DNA of 64,000 nucleotides from Corynebacterium sp. (GCF_030532715.1 NZ_JAUNKO010000004.1:268372-332371); one strand, 5' to 3'; positions 12,492-22,518 are shown, counted from the stretch's first letter. Program-made: numbers and translations. The notes: generated by a model from the sequence alone, not told the origin.

Positions 12492-13794
12492 CGGCGGCGT
12501 CTCCCCGTTGCTGTCCGGCCTCGCCACGCACCATGTCCTCCCACATGTGAGCGAACCCCGGCAGTGTTTTGTCCGTGGTGGCGATGTTTTCCACCTGGAC
12601 ATCGGGTACGCACAGGCCGATGATTGCGCCGGCGGTGGCGATTCGGTGATCGGCGTAACTACACCAAATGCCGCCGTGGAGTGGTTGCGGTTCGATGAGC
12701 AAACCGTCGGAAAGTTCGGTGCAGCGGCCCCCAAGATTGTTGATTTCCCGCGTGAGGGCCGCGAGGCGATTCGTTTCGTGCCCGCGCAGGTGCGCGATGC
12801 CGGTGAGGCGAGACTCGCCAGCCGCAAGCGTAGCCAGCGCCGCGATGGTTGGAGTGAGTTCGCCGATATCGCCGAGGTCGATGCTGATGCCCCGCAGTGG
12901 GTGCGGTGGGCCGGTGACGGTCAATGTGTCATCCGAAAGCGTGACCGAACAACCCATGGTGGTGAGGATGTCGCGGAAGCTATCTCCGGGCTGGGTGGTG
13001 CGGCTCGGCCACTGCGGGATGTGCACGGTTCCACCGGTGACTGCCGCCGCCGCGAGGAATGGCGTCGCGTTGGAAAGGTCCGGCTCGATATGCCACGTGC
13101 GTCCCGCGATGGGCCCCGGTTCCACGCGCCACCAAGCGTCGCCAGTGGTGACTTCCACGCCCGCCTCGCGCAGCATCTCCACCGTCATGTCGATGTGCGG
13201 GGTGCTGGGAATCCGCTTGCCTTCATGTCGAACACACAAGCCGTCGGTGTAGCTGGCGCCGGCCAATAACAAGCCCGAAACGAATTGCGAAGAAGCGCTG
13301 GCGTCGATTGTCACCTCGCCGCCGGTGGGTGCGCCGCCGCTGATGCTAAACGGCAGCGCATTGCCAAGGACGGTTACCCCGAGATCGCGCAGCGCATCCA
13401 ACATTGTGTCCATGGGGCGCACGCGCGCTTGTTCGTCGCCGTCGAAGTGGGTGTTGCCTTCCGCGAGTGCCGCCACGGGGGGCACGAAACGCATGACGGT
13501 GCCTGCCAAGCCGCACTCAATGTCGCCGCCGTGGAGCCGCTGAGGTTGAACCTCCACCGTGGTGCCCGCCACGTTCATTTCTGCGCCTAAGGTTCGTAGC
13601 GCGTCCATCATTAGGTCGGTATCGCGGCTGCGTAACGCCCCCACCAGTGTGGAACGCCCGTGCGCTAATGCTGCGAGTACTAGCGCGCGATTCGTCATTG
13701 ATTTCGAACCGGGCACGCGTTGTTCCCATGCGATGGGGCCGCGCGCCGTGGGGGCGTTCCATAACGGTGTTGCCGACGATATTAATTCACTCAC
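12484..13794 (-). CDS. aroA: 3-phosphoshikimate 1-carboxyvinyltransferase (EPSP synthase)
   Basis: It aligns strongly to the C. glutamicum AroA sequence as I remember it ([41 protein letters not shown]). A GTG start near 13794 is likely, and it overlaps the rsgA start by 8 nt. Confidence 0.9.
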   Translation of the reverse strand: MSELISSATPLWNAPTARGPIAWEQRVPGSKSMTNRALVLAALAHGRSTLVGALRSRDTDLMMDALRTLGAEMNVAGTTVEVQPQRLHGGDIECGLAGTVMRFVPPVAALAEGNTHFDGDEQARVRPMDTMLDALRDLGVTVLGNALPFSISGGAPTGGEVTIDASASSQFVSGLLLAGASYTDGLCVRHEGKRIPSTPHIDMTVEMLREAGVEVTTGDAWWRVEPGPIAGRTWHIEPDLSNATPFLAAAAVTGGTVHIPQWPSRTTQPGDSFRDILTTMGCSVTLSDDTLTVTGPPHPLRGISIDLGDIGELTPTIAALATLAAGESRLTGIAHLRGHETNRLAALTREINNLGGRCTELSDGLLIEPQPLHGGIWCSYADHRIATAGAIIGLCVPDVQVENIATTDKTLPGFAHMWEDMVRGEAGQQRGDAADG

Positions 13795-13798
13795 GCCC

Positions 13799-14353
13799 CT
13801 ATGATAAAGGCTTCCCGTTGCTTTTCGACGCCCCGCCTGCCGCCAGTAAGTCGGCGAATCCCGCGCCGGTGACGCTGGCGAGGTCACTCGGGGCAAGTTC
13901 AATATCCAAACCGCGTCGGCCGCCGGAAACGAAGATCGTGGCGAAATTTTGCGCGCTGCTATCAATCATGGTGGGCAGCGCGCGTTTTTGCCCGATGGGG
14001 GAAATACCGCCCGGGATATATCCGGAGGATCGTTGCGCATCGGCGGGGTCGGCCATGGTGGCTTTGGAGACGCCAAACGCGGCGGCCGCTTTTTTGAGGC
14101 TCAGCGAGTGCGTGACTGGGATGACTGCGACCGCGAGGCGACGCCGCGAACCCTTGCCGGCTGTGAGATCGATCACTAGGGTCTTGAAGATTTGATTGGA
14201 ATTGATGTTCAATAACTGGTAGAGCTGTTCGGCGGCGTGGGCCCCATAGTCCCCGTCGCCAGCGTCGAAGGTGTGGCTGCGGTGGGGGACCGCGGCGTCG
14301 ACAAGCGCTTGCAATGCGGCAGTAGCGGCGGCATGCGATTTCTTCTTTGCCAT
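13799..14353 (-). CDS. YbaK/EbsC-like aminoacyl-tRNA deacylase
   Basis: The ~184-aa product starts [17 protein letters not shown]. The family assignment comes from overall sequence resemblance. Start is at 14353. Confidence 0.55.
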   Translation of the reverse strand: MAKKKSHAAATAALQALVDAAVPHRSHTFDAGDGDYGAHAAEQLYQLLNINSNQIFKTLVIDLTAGKGSRRRLAVAVIPVTHSLSLKKAAAAFGVSKATMADPADAQRSSGYIPGGISPIGQKRALPTMIDSSAQNFATIFVSGGRRGLDIELAPSDLASVTGAGFADLLAAGGASKSNGKPLS

Positions 14354-14386
14354 AAAAACACGATACAAGCCCTAAAATAATGGCTC

Positions 14387-14992
14387 ATGACGGAAAATTC
14401 CTCCGCCCGGTTCGAAGCAGAAGCCCTCCCGCTTCTCGACCAACTCTACGGCGGTGCGCTACGCATGACCCGCAACCCCGCAGACGCCGAAGACCTCGTG
14501 CAGGAAACATATATGCGCGCATACCAAGCGTTCGACAGTTTCAAACCAGGCACCAACCTGAAAGCCTGGTTGTACCGCATTATGACCAACCTGTACATCA
14601 ACTCTTACCGCAAAGCACAACGGCAACCCTCCCAGCTGCCCACCGATGAAATCACCGATCATCAGCTGCTGCAATCCTCGCAACACCTCTCTACTGGGTT
14701 GGAATCCGCAGAAGTTGAAGCGCTGAAACTTTTGCCAAACTCGGAAATCGCCCAAGCGCTCAACGATCTTCCAGAGGACTACCGAATGGTCGTGTACTAC
14801 GCCGACGTTGAGGGGCTCGCCTACAAAGAGATCGCCGAAATTATGGGCACGCCGCTGGGCACAGTGATGAGCAGATTGCATCGGGGAAGAAAACAACTCC
14901 GAAGTGTGTTGAAGGATGTGGCCCACGAACACGGCATTGGACTCACTGATACTCAGGCGAAACCGACCAAGCGGAAGGCACCGGCAAAATGA
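14387..14992 (+). CDS. sigH: ECF RNA polymerase sigma factor SigH
   Basis: Sigma-70 regions 2 and 4 are present ([51 protein letters not shown]). It is followed by an overlapping ZAS anti-sigma gene. Confidence 0.9.
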   Translation: MTENSSARFEAEALPLLDQLYGGALRMTRNPADAEDLVQETYMRAYQAFDSFKPGTNLKAWLYRIMTNLYINSYRKAQRQPSQLPTDEITDHQLLQSSQHLSTGLESAEVEALKLLPNSEIAQALNDLPEDYRMVVYYADVEGLAYKEIAEIMGTPLGTVMSRLHRGRKQLRSVLKDVAHEHGIGLTDTQAKPTKRKAPAK

Positions 14993-15246
14993 CAGACGCA
15001 CACGAATGCTTTTGCGATTGCGAGGACGTCTATGAGGCGCTGTTCCTGTTGCTTGACGGCCACATGGATCCGGCGGAAGCTCGCAGGTTAAAGGAGCAAG
15101 TACTTGCCTGCCCCGCCTGCTTTGAAAAACTCGGAATCGAACAGGAAGTTCGCGCGCTAGTTCGTCGTTGCTGTGGTGTGCACGCGCCCGTCACCCTCCG
15201 CGAGCGCATTACCGTAGCGATTCGAATTGAGCAGCGCCGCGGCTAA
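14989..15246 (+). CDS. rshA: anti-sigma factor RshA (ZAS family, redox-sensing)
   Basis: An 85-aa product with an HxxxCxxC ZAS motif (HECFCDCE) and a CPAC motif. Its start overlaps the sigH stop (ATGA). Confidence 0.85.
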   Translation: MTDAHECFCDCEDVYEALFLLLDGHMDPAEARRLKEQVLACPACFEKLGIEQEVRALVRRCCGVHAPVTLRERITVAIRIEQRRG

Positions 15247-15293
15247 GCGGGGCTGGTGGGGTGGCGCCGTTCGCGGCCGCCAACCACGCAAAA

Positions 15294-15339
15294 GCCGCTG
15301 GTCCCCCGATTATTTTGGTGGGGGAGCAGCGGCTTTTTG
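15294..15339. terminator. bidirectional intrinsic terminator between rshA and the bL37 gene
   Basis: The sequence AAAAGCCGCTG-GTCCCCCGATTATTTTGGTGGGGGAG-CAGCGGCTTTTT is a GC-rich stem with nested pairing, flanked by A- and T-runs. Confidence 0.6.
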
Positions 15340-15355
15340 AACTCCAGTTGAAATG

Positions 15356-15430
15356 TTAGGAGTTGGGGCGTTTGCCGTGATTGGCCTTGCCCTTGCGGCG
15401 GTCCTTGCGCTTACGTCCACGCTTGCTCAT
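15356..15430 (-). CDS. ribosomal protein bL37 (24-aa basic peptide, actinobacterial)
   Basis: The ORF encodes MSKRGRKRKDRRKGKANHGKRPNS with AAGGAG 6 nt upstream. It is near-identical in pattern to the mycobacterial bL37 peptide (MAKRGRKKRDRKHSKANHGKRPNA). It is below the 60-aa threshold and so absent from the track. Confidence 0.7.
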   Translation of the reverse strand: MSKRGRKRKDRRKGKANHGKRPNS

Positions 15431-15500
15431 ACGATTCTCCTTGGAAATCGGGGTGAAAACTGCTCACCACTGTAGTCGCTTCTGAGCGTGGGATGAAATT

Positions 15501-15761
15501 TTAGACTGCTGCGCGGGTGCGGGTACGTCCACGGTTCTTACGGCGCTTGAGTGCACGGCGTTCGTCTTCGCTCATGCCGCCCCAAACGCCAGCATCCTGG
15601 CCGGATTCCAAAGCCCATGCGAGGCATTGGGAAGTTACGGGGCAACGGTTGCACACAACCTTAGCGGTTGCAATTTGTGCGAGTGCGGGTCCCGAGTTGC
15701 CGACCGGGAAGAAGAGCTCGGGGTCTTCATCGCGGCACACTGCCTTGTGGCGCCAATCCAT
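15501..15761 (-). CDS. whcE: WhiB-family Fe-S transcription factor (WhiB1/WhcE)
   Basis: The N-terminus MDWRHKAVCRDEDPELFFP, the four Cys (C…C..C…..C) and a C-terminal basic tail are all present. It is adjacent to sigH as in C. glutamicum. Confidence 0.9.
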   Translation of the reverse strand: MDWRHKAVCRDEDPELFFPVGNSGPALAQIATAKVVCNRCPVTSQCLAWALESGQDAGVWGGMSEDERRALKRRKNRGRTRTRAAV

Positions 15762-15834
15762 GTTTGTTCTCCTTCTCGTGTCAGGTTGTTCTCAGCTTAA
15801 AATTACGCTGCATGATTGATACTCGCAAGGGTGC

Positions 15835-15848
15835 GTGAGCATACTCAC
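15835..15848. promoter_or_regulatory. CRP/GlxR-like palindromic operator candidate upstream of whcE
   Basis: GTGAGCATACTCAC has the form GTGA-N6-TCAC and is a perfect 14-nt palindrome about 75 nt upstream of the whcE start. whiB1 is CRP-regulated in mycobacteria. Confidence 0.4.
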
Positions 15849-16238
15849 GAGTTTGGGTGAATCTGGGGGAGGAGGACGTTTTCAGGTTCCGTATTTGGAA
15901 TCGTATGACGTCTCCGGCTACTGCAAAATAATGGCACGCTACGAGTTTCTTGGCTAGAGTTTAGGTTCAAAATGTGCCGGAAATCACACTGGAGGGTGGC
16001 GGGCCGTACGCGCAATATAGGTGGTGCACGTTAAAATTATGGGCTTTGAAGTGCGCAATTCAAGGCTTCTGACCTGCTGAAATATAAGTTGTGTGACGGT
16101 GAGTATATTGTGTCTCCCTCCGTCAATTCGCGAGTTTCGCTGGAGGGGTAACGGGTGGGTGTGTTTCCTGAGCATCGGCGTCACAGGGGCGGAACGGTAA
16201 AGTTGATTGGCGTGACTGATTCGAAATATTTGCCGCCG

Positions 16239-16625
16239 ATGACTGTGCGTCGCGCCGGATGGTTGACGCTAGGGGAATCTGTGATCGGTATTGTGTTCGC
16301 GGTATTTCTGCTGTTTCACCAGGACATTGGCAAGGTGTGGGCGGAGGATTCCCGTGGCGCCTACCTGATCCTCGGCACCCCATTGTTTTTGATTATTGTG
16401 TTCGGTGTTGTCGGCGGTGGGGCGTGGATGATGTCGCGCGGTTACCGGTGGGGTCGGGGCCCGGTGGTGATGTGGAACATTTTCTTGTTGCCGCTGGCGT
16501 ACTACGTGTTCAGTGCTGGCCAGTGGGTTTGGGCGATTGGGGTGGCGGCGCTCGGCGTGGCTGGTCTAAGCCAACTGTTCAGCAAGACGGCCGTGCAGTG
16601 GGCCACCGAACGCTACCAAGATTAA
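16239..16625 (+). CDS. small integral membrane protein (hypothetical)
   Basis: Three to four hydrophobic helices. The likely start is M29 of the track ORF (MTVRRAGWL). Confidence 0.5.
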   Translation: MTVRRAGWLTLGESVIGIVFAVFLLFHQDIGKVWAEDSRGAYLILGTPLFLIIVFGVVGGGAWMMSRGYRWGRGPVVMWNIFLLPLAYYVFSAGQWVWAIGVAALGVAGLSQLFSKTAVQWATERYQD

Positions 16626-17782
16626 CGAAGACCGACCAGTTGTTCGCCCCGCTTTTCGACGATCGTGTCGCCAGCCAGCGCCACGGAAACTCGGCCCGTG
16701 TAGCCGCCGCGATCAACTGGGATCGTATATTCGATTTCCCCGGTGCCCCAATTGGCCACCGCGATGCCTTGGGCGGTGGGGTAGAGAAGACGGTCACCAA
16801 CAGCCGTACCGGTTCCCAACGCGTCCGGCAGCACGTGGGTGACGCTTAAATCCTCAGGTTTTAGCAAGTAAAGCCGTGCGCCGTCGAACCAAGTCATATG
16901 ATGCGGTAAGTCTGCCATTTCCCGGGAATCAGGTAACGGCGCCCGATCAACCTCTTTGACCACGGGGTGCTCAGTTACATACGACAAGATTCGCGGCGTT
17001 GGTTGTGCCACGTACACCGCCGCGCCGGTTTGGCCGACGGCAACCAGTTGGGCGTCGGTACCTGGGATATTGATGTCGCGGGTGATTTTTGGTTCGCGGG
17101 AATCCTCCGGCACACGCTTCTGGTAGCGCAGCATAGTCTCGGGGCAGGTTTCCACCACGGCCACCAGCTCCTTGCGGGTGCCGGCGCTTTGAATGGTGCA
17201 ATCCTCGTGGGGTTGCAAGTTCGGCTCCGCCTTAATTGGCTTGTCACCGTACTCGACCGTGCGCACCATGTCGCTGCGCCACAGCTCCAACCGCTCCTCG
17301 TTGTAGGTACCCACCGCATCGTTGGAGCTGATGGCCCAGACATTGTTCGGAGCCTCGGCGCTCCGAGTGGCGCTGTAGGTGCCGGAGGTGGCGTGAATGG
17401 CGGTGACGTCGCCACAGCCAGCGGAGTTTCGGTAGGTGATTACCACCGCGTGAAACGAGGCCGCGAGGGAACATACCTCAAGGTCGCGGGTATATGACCA
17501 CACCTTTTCGCCAGTGGCTGGGTCCAGTGCGGTCACGGCGCCACCGTCGACGCCGACGACGATGCCGTCAATTGTCACGGGGCGCACTACCCCGGACGTG
17601 TCCGAATGCTCCCACGCCTGGTGCAACGCACGCGGCGGGGCGAGCGGAGCGGAGGCAGCCTTGAATTCCCCGGTGGCAGGCCCTAAGGACACCTGGCGGG
17701 CCGGGGCATTCCACCACACCACCCCAATACCGAGCAGCGTGCAGGTCACAATCGCCGCGGAGATCAGCAGGTTACGCTTCAT
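16622..17782 (-). CDS. conserved secreted/anchored protein, Rv3212-like (beta-propeller-like), co-operonic with rhlE
   Basis: It has an N-terminal signal anchor (MKRNLLISAAIVTCTLLGIGVVWW). Its start overlaps the rhlE stop by 4 nt. The Mtb rhlE-Rv3212 pair is syntenic. Confidence 0.55.
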   Translation of the reverse strand: MKRNLLISAAIVTCTLLGIGVVWWNAPARQVSLGPATGEFKAASAPLAPPRALHQAWEHSDTSGVVRPVTIDGIVVGVDGGAVTALDPATGEKVWSYTRDLEVCSLAASFHAVVITYRNSAGCGDVTAIHATSGTYSATRSAEAPNNVWAISSNDAVGTYNEERLELWRSDMVRTVEYGDKPIKAEPNLQPHEDCTIQSAGTRKELVAVVETCPETMLRYQKRVPEDSREPKITRDINIPGTDAQLVAVGQTGAAVYVAQPTPRILSYVTEHPVVKEVDRAPLPDSREMADLPHHMTWFDGARLYLLKPEDLSVTHVLPDALGTGTAVGDRLLYPTAQGIAVANWGTGEIEYTIPVDRGGYTGRVSVALAGDTIVEKRGEQLVGLR

Positions 17783-19104
17783 CGGCGCCGCCGAGAACTC
17801 GGGCGGCGAGACCCCCGCGCCGGATGCTGATTACGGATTGCACCCACGCCGCCGAATACCTTCCGTGGGGGAGCAACCTTGCCGGTGGCTGAGGCGGGGA
17901 TGGCCAGGGCGTCGAAAAGCTCGGGGGAGGTGGAAAACCACTGCGGAGGGTTCGGCTGCTCCAACCCCAACTCAGCGTTAATCGCCTGCCACTTCGGAAG
18001 CTCGTCATAGCCCACCAACGTAACAGCAGTGCCGGACTGCCCCGCCCGCCCCGTGCGCCCAATCCGGTGCACGTACGTCATCTCGTCGTCCGGAGTTTGG
18101 TAATTGATCACATGGGTGACGTCGGTGACGTCAATGCCGCGGGCCGCAACATCCGTAGCCACCAAAATGTCGATCGTGCCGTCGCGGAACGCCGCCAACG
18201 ACTTTTCCCGCGCCACCTGGCCCATATCCCCATGGACCGCGCCCACGGTGAACCCGCACGCGGCAAGCTCCTCGGCCACCTGCGCTGCAGTGCGTTTTGT
18301 GCGGGTAAAAATAATCGTCCGGCCCCGCCCCTGGGCTTGCAACACGCGCGCCGTGATCGCCGTCTTATCCATGCGGTGTGCCTGGAACACTACCTGGCGA
18401 GTTGTCGAATGCGTCTGCCCGGCATTCGGAGCCTCTGCGCGAATATGCATTGGCTTGTCCATAAAACTCCGCGCCAACGTAATAATTGGGCCTGGCATCG
18501 TGGCGGAAAAGAGCATGGTTTGATGCTTGTGCGTCAACGCCTTTAACAGTTTTTCAATGTCCGGCAGGAAGCCTAGGTCCAGCATTTCATCAGCTTCATC
18601 CAGCACGAGGATGGCCACTCGGTCGAGGGCAAGATTATTGCGCTGATATAAATCGATGAGCCGGCCCGGCGTGCCCACAACGATGTCTACGCCCTTGCGC
18701 AGCGCACTAATCTGCTCCTCATAGGGCTTGCCCCCATAAATGGTAAGGATTCTTAGGGGCAAGTTTTTAGCCGCGACCTCTAGATCCTCGCCCACTTGGA
18801 TGGCTAATTCGCGCGTGGGAACCACCACGAGCGCGCGGGGCGTACCGTCGATTTCTTCCACATCTGCGGAGTCGAAAACGCGGTCGAGCAAGGGGACGCC
18901 GAACCCTAATGTCTTGCCCATCCCGGTGCGCGCCTGGCCGATAATATCCGTGCCATCCAGCGCAACCGGAAGCGTGAGCTCCTGAATTGCAAATGTGTGC
19001 GTGATCCCGGCGGCAGCAAGAGCGTCCGTAATTTCGACTGCCACGCCGAGTTCCGCAAAGGTCGGGCCGACTGAACCTGAGGTACCGTGAACTTGAGCAG
19101 ACAC
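17779..19104 (-). CDS. rhlE: DEAD-box ATP-dependent RNA helicase
   Basis: Helicase motifs are present: the Q-motif (FAELGV…), AQTGMGKT-like (ARTGMGKT), DEAD (DEADEM), SAT and HRIGRTGRAG, plus a basic C-terminal tail. The start is assigned to GTG at 19104; the upstream 128 codons of the track ORF are low-complexity. Confidence 0.85.
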   Translation of the reverse strand: MSAQVHGTSGSVGPTFAELGVAVEITDALAAAGITHTFAIQELTLPVALDGTDIIGQARTGMGKTLGFGVPLLDRVFDSADVEEIDGTPRALVVVPTRELAIQVGEDLEVAAKNLPLRILTIYGGKPYEEQISALRKGVDIVVGTPGRLIDLYQRNNLALDRVAILVLDEADEMLDLGFLPDIEKLLKALTHKHQTMLFSATMPGPIITLARSFMDKPMHIRAEAPNAGQTHSTTRQVVFQAHRMDKTAITARVLQAQGRGRTIIFTRTKRTAAQVAEELAACGFTVGAVHGDMGQVAREKSLAAFRDGTIDILVATDVAARGIDVTDVTHVINYQTPDDEMTYVHRIGRTGRAGQSGTAVTLVGYDELPKWQAINAELGLEQPNPPQWFSTSPELFDALAIPASATGKVAPPRKVFGGVGAIRNQHPARGSRRPSSRRRR

Positions 19105-19327
19105 GCCATTGATACTAGTTGTCTGGTGTCTATGATGGGGCAGGGCCCTCGATTCAGGGCGCGTCAGTGCACGGCTTTCCAGCCAGAAGCACATAGCATG
19201 AGTACTGCATAGGCAAAGTATGAAAGCATGCAGTAGTCCAGTATTTGAAGCCACAGCGCAATGCGGTGCGCAAGCAAATATTGGGTGCGAAGTTTTCGTG
19301 CATTGTTTACCAGAAAGAGTGGAGTAA

Positions 19328-19552
19328 ATGGACGTTAAGATTGGTTTTAGTGATTCCGCCAGGGAGATTTTGGTGGTGTCCAACCAGACGCAGGACGAGG
19401 TTCTGGCGCTGGTCAAAGCGGCGTTGGCGGACGAATCCGGCGTCCTGCAGCTATCCGACGATAAAGGCCGCCAGTACGTGGTGCGCAACAGCCGTATTGC
19501 CTATGTAGAGGTCGGAACCAATAAAGCAAGGCAGGTTGGTTTCGCTGGTTAA
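19328..19552 (+). CDS. DUF3107-family protein
   Basis: A 74-aa product, MDVKIGFSDSAREILVVSNQTQDEV…, conserved next to rhlE in actinobacteria. Confidence 0.65.
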   Translation: MDVKIGFSDSAREILVVSNQTQDEVLALVKAALADESGVLQLSDDKGRQYVVRNSRIAYVEVGTNKARQVGFAG

Positions 19553-19702
19553 AACCCTTCCCCAGGGGTGAATGTAAGTCTTTCGTTCATCATGCAGGCT
19601 CGTTCAAGGGAGTAAGCCATTTCTAGGCAACGCCGAACCGAGGCAGAACCGATCCTCGTACGATTCGCCCGCGAATTTGGGTGGCGTGCGTATGCGATTC
19701 CG

Positions 19703-20518
19703 GTGCTGTTTGTGATTACTATTTGGGTGTTTGTGGATGTCCTTTTAGGCAACGCCACGGACGGCACGACCAGCACTACAGCCGACAAGACGGCAGCGAC
19801 GTCCGTGGTGACTTCGGCGGTGACGAGCCGGGGTGGCGGACCGAACCCTGCAGATTCGAAGAAACCAGAATTGGCTACCGGTGATCTGCCGCCGGGGGCA
19901 CCGTACGCGCAAGCGGGCCTCGGCACGTTTCGTATGGTGGGCAACCCAGGCGAGCAGATCGGCCAGGGCCAAGAACGCACATTCACCTATGTGGTTGAGA
20001 TTGAAGACGGCATCGACACGTCCTCCTACGGGGGCGACGACAGCTTCGCTGCCATGATTGATGCGACTTTGGCTAATCCGAAAGGATGGATCGCTGATCC
20101 GAAGTTTGGGTTCCGGCACGCGGGGCCCGACGAGGAGCCGGATCTGCGGATCCAACTCGCCTCCGCTGAAACCACCCACACGAACTGCGGCTTTGATATT
20201 AAGATGGAAACAAGCTGTTTTACCCCGGCTGGCAATCGTGTGATCCTCAATGAATCCCGCTGGGTGCGAGGTGCAATTCCGTTCGAAGGCGATTTGGGCT
20301 CGTACCGGCAATATATGGTCAACCATGAGGTTGGCCATGGCATTGGGTTTTCCAGCCACGAGCCGTGCGCCAAGGAAGGCGAATTGGCGCCCATTATGAT
20401 GCAGCAGACGTTGAGTGTGAATAATTCCGAGTTGTATGGGATTAACCCCGAGGAGGTTTACCCCGATGACAACGCGACCTGCGCGCGAAACCCGTGGCCA
20501 TTCCCCCACGCCGGTTAA
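19703..20518 (+). CDS. DUF3152-like putative zinc metallopeptidase (HExxH)
   Basis: GTG start. An N-terminal TM segment (VLFVITIWVFVDVLL) is followed by a Thr/Ser-rich linker and then an NHEVGHGIGF (HExxH) motif. Confidence 0.6.
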   Translation: MLFVITIWVFVDVLLGNATDGTTSTTADKTAATSVVTSAVTSRGGGPNPADSKKPELATGDLPPGAPYAQAGLGTFRMVGNPGEQIGQGQERTFTYVVEIEDGIDTSSYGGDDSFAAMIDATLANPKGWIADPKFGFRHAGPDEEPDLRIQLASAETTHTNCGFDIKMETSCFTPAGNRVILNESRWVRGAIPFEGDLGSYRQYMVNHEVGHGIGFSSHEPCAKEGELAPIMMQQTLSVNNSELYGINPEEVYPDDNATCARNPWPFPHAG

Positions 20519-21581
20519 TAGTCATCGGTACGCGCGGCACGTCACGCTTCCCGGCATCGGTGTAGCGGGGCAACGCGCACTTCTCGGGGCGCGGGTACTC
20601 TGCGTTGGCGCAGGTGGCCTTGGTTCGCCGGTGATCCAATACCTCGCCGCTGCGGGGGTGGGCACACTCGGCATTATTGATGGCGATACCGTGGAGGAAT
20701 CCAACCTGCAACGCCAGGTTGTGCACTCGATGCAGGCCGTGGGCAAAGCCAAGGTCGCGTCCGCGGCGCAATGGGTGGCTGGCATGAACCCAGATGTGAC
20801 CGTGGATCATTACAACCTGCGCTTAACGGACGGCAACATTGTGGAGATCGTCTCCCGCTACGACATCGTCGTCGACGCCACCGATAATTTTGCCACCCGA
20901 TACTTGATTTCCGATCATTGCGCTGACTTGGGCATTCCGGTGGTTTGGGGCGCGGTGTACCGGTTCGAGGGCCAAGTATCGGTCTTCGCTGAGGGGTACA
21001 CCCTGCGTGATGTGTATGCGGAACCGCCCACCGAGGCGCAAAGTTGCGCGGACGCCGGAGTGTTGGGGGTGTTGCCCGGCGTGATCGGCACGATGATGGC
21101 CGGCGAGGTGATCAAACTAATCACCGTGGTTGGGGAGCCGCTGGTTGGTCGCATCGGCATTTGGGACGGCGCTCGGGCGACGTTTCGCACGGTACGGTTT
21201 GAACGTTCGGAGGCAAGCGAATCGCTGCGCCACACGCAGCCGCCGGAGTTGTCCTGTGGGGTGGAATCCCCCACATCGGTGCGGGCGGTCAGCGTGGAGC
21301 AGTGGCAGGAGTTGGTGGCATCCGGGGTCACCCTGATTGACGTTCGCGAACCCCACGAATGGCGCGGCGGTGCGCTCGGGCAGCCGGTGTTCGCCCCCCT
21401 GTCTGCCCTGCGTAACGATGACTTTTCAAGTGTTGCGCAACTGGATCGTAAGCATCCGATCGCGGTGTATTGCGCGGCCGGCGCCCGCTCGAGGGTAGCG
21501 GCTCTTCTGCTGGAAGAGGCGGGTTTTTCAGACGTTACTTCCCTCGATGGAGGGATTACAGCTTGGTGGATGCGTGATTAA
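20466..21581 (+). CDS. moeZ: adenylyltransferase/sulfurtransferase MoeZ (ThiF/MoeB domain plus C-terminal rhodanese)
   Basis: It has a GxGxxG motif (VGAGGLGSPVIQYLAAAG) and a rhodanese domain at the C-terminus (…VYCAAGARS). The start (20466, or 20436) overlaps the upstream gene by 53 nt or more. Confidence 0.8.
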   Translation: MTTRPARETRGHSPTPVNSHRYARHVTLPGIGVAGQRALLGARVLCVGAGGLGSPVIQYLAAAGVGTLGIIDGDTVEESNLQRQVVHSMQAVGKAKVASAAQWVAGMNPDVTVDHYNLRLTDGNIVEIVSRYDIVVDATDNFATRYLISDHCADLGIPVVWGAVYRFEGQVSVFAEGYTLRDVYAEPPTEAQSCADAGVLGVLPGVIGTMMAGEVIKLITVVGEPLVGRIGIWDGARATFRTVRFERSEASESLRHTQPPELSCGVESPTSVRAVSVEQWQELVASGVTLIDVREPHEWRGGALGQPVFAPLSALRNDDFSSVAQLDRKHPIAVYCAAGARSRVAALLLEEAGFSDVTSLDGGITAWWMRD

Positions 21582-21582
21582 A

Positions 21583-22443
21583 ATGTCCGCCATGGATCTA
21601 ATTCCCGAACGTGTTCGAAGCGCGTTCCACGTGGGCCCCGGCCCAGCCGAAGTGCTGGGCCAAGCTTGGGACCACGGAGTGCGCATCAACCACACGGTGC
21701 TCTCGCAGGTTGTTGACCCCGTGCAAGCATCTTGGTCTGCGAAAGTTCGGGAAACTTTGCAACCGCTGGGGGTGCGCATGGTGCGGCCGGTGCGCGCCAC
21801 GGACGGTCGCCTCGTGGTGTCGGGTTGGCGCGCCTCCGCCTATGCCGAGGGTGAGGTAGCCAAACGTGTGGACGAAACGGTGTGCGCCGCCTTGCGCCTC
21901 GCCGACGCCCTTGCGGACTTGCCCGTGCCGGATTGCGCCACGGCGAATATTCGGCCCCCGTGGTCTCCCCACGACTTGTTCGCGGTGGCGGACCGTGCCG
22001 CATGGTCCGGCAACCCCGCCGGTGTGCTTGAGTCTGGCCTGGACATCACCGCTACGCCCAAGGAGGAACAGCTTGCGGCGTTGCACCTCGCGGCGAAAAT
22101 CACCCCGCACCTTCAAGAGCTTTCCTCCCGCCGTCAGGTCGGCCATGCGGACATGTTGGCAACCACCCTGTATCAGGGCACTGCCATGCCGGTGGTGACG
22201 GATATCGTCCCAGTGTCGCGCCCACACGGCTACACTGCCGTTCAGGTCATGGTTGATGGCATGATCGCCGACGCGGTGGATTTTAAGATTATTCGCCGTT
22301 TCGCGCACATCCCTGACATCGGTCAGTTGGTGTTGCGGGCCACGCTTTACCGCTTGTTCGTGCACACGCTGCACCCCAGCGCGCAACCGGCCGTACGCAC
22401 TCACATGGAAGCGCTCGTGAGCTACCTCGTCCGAGGCTTGTAA
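21583..22443 (+). CDS. conserved actinobacterial protein (TIGR02569-like, Rv3205c-like)
   Basis: It follows moeZ as in mycobacteria. No catalytic motif was recognised. Confidence 0.45.
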   Translation: MSAMDLIPERVRSAFHVGPGPAEVLGQAWDHGVRINHTVLSQVVDPVQASWSAKVRETLQPLGVRMVRPVRATDGRLVVSGWRASAYAEGEVAKRVDETVCAALRLADALADLPVPDCATANIRPPWSPHDLFAVADRAAWSGNPAGVLESGLDITATPKEEQLAALHLAAKITPHLQELSSRRQVGHADMLATTLYQGTAMPVVTDIVPVSRPHGYTAVQVMVDGMIADAVDFKIIRRFAHIPDIGQLVLRATLYRLFVHTLHPSAQPAVRTHMEALVSYLVRGL

Positions 22444-22518
22444 CCAACCTGCGCCGCAACGAACCCAGCGGAGAACCCCCGCCGCTGTGTGTTAGGCCCG
22501 TCTGCCACACTAGTATTC

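Noticed and set aside
12508-13269. Plus-strand ORFs antisense to aroA (253 aa and 194 aa)
   Set aside because: aroA is unambiguous on the minus strand, and the antisense products have no domain features.
19745-20509. 254-aa minus ORF antisense to the DUF3152 gene
   Set aside because: It is an artifact frame. The sense strand carries HExxH and a TM segment.
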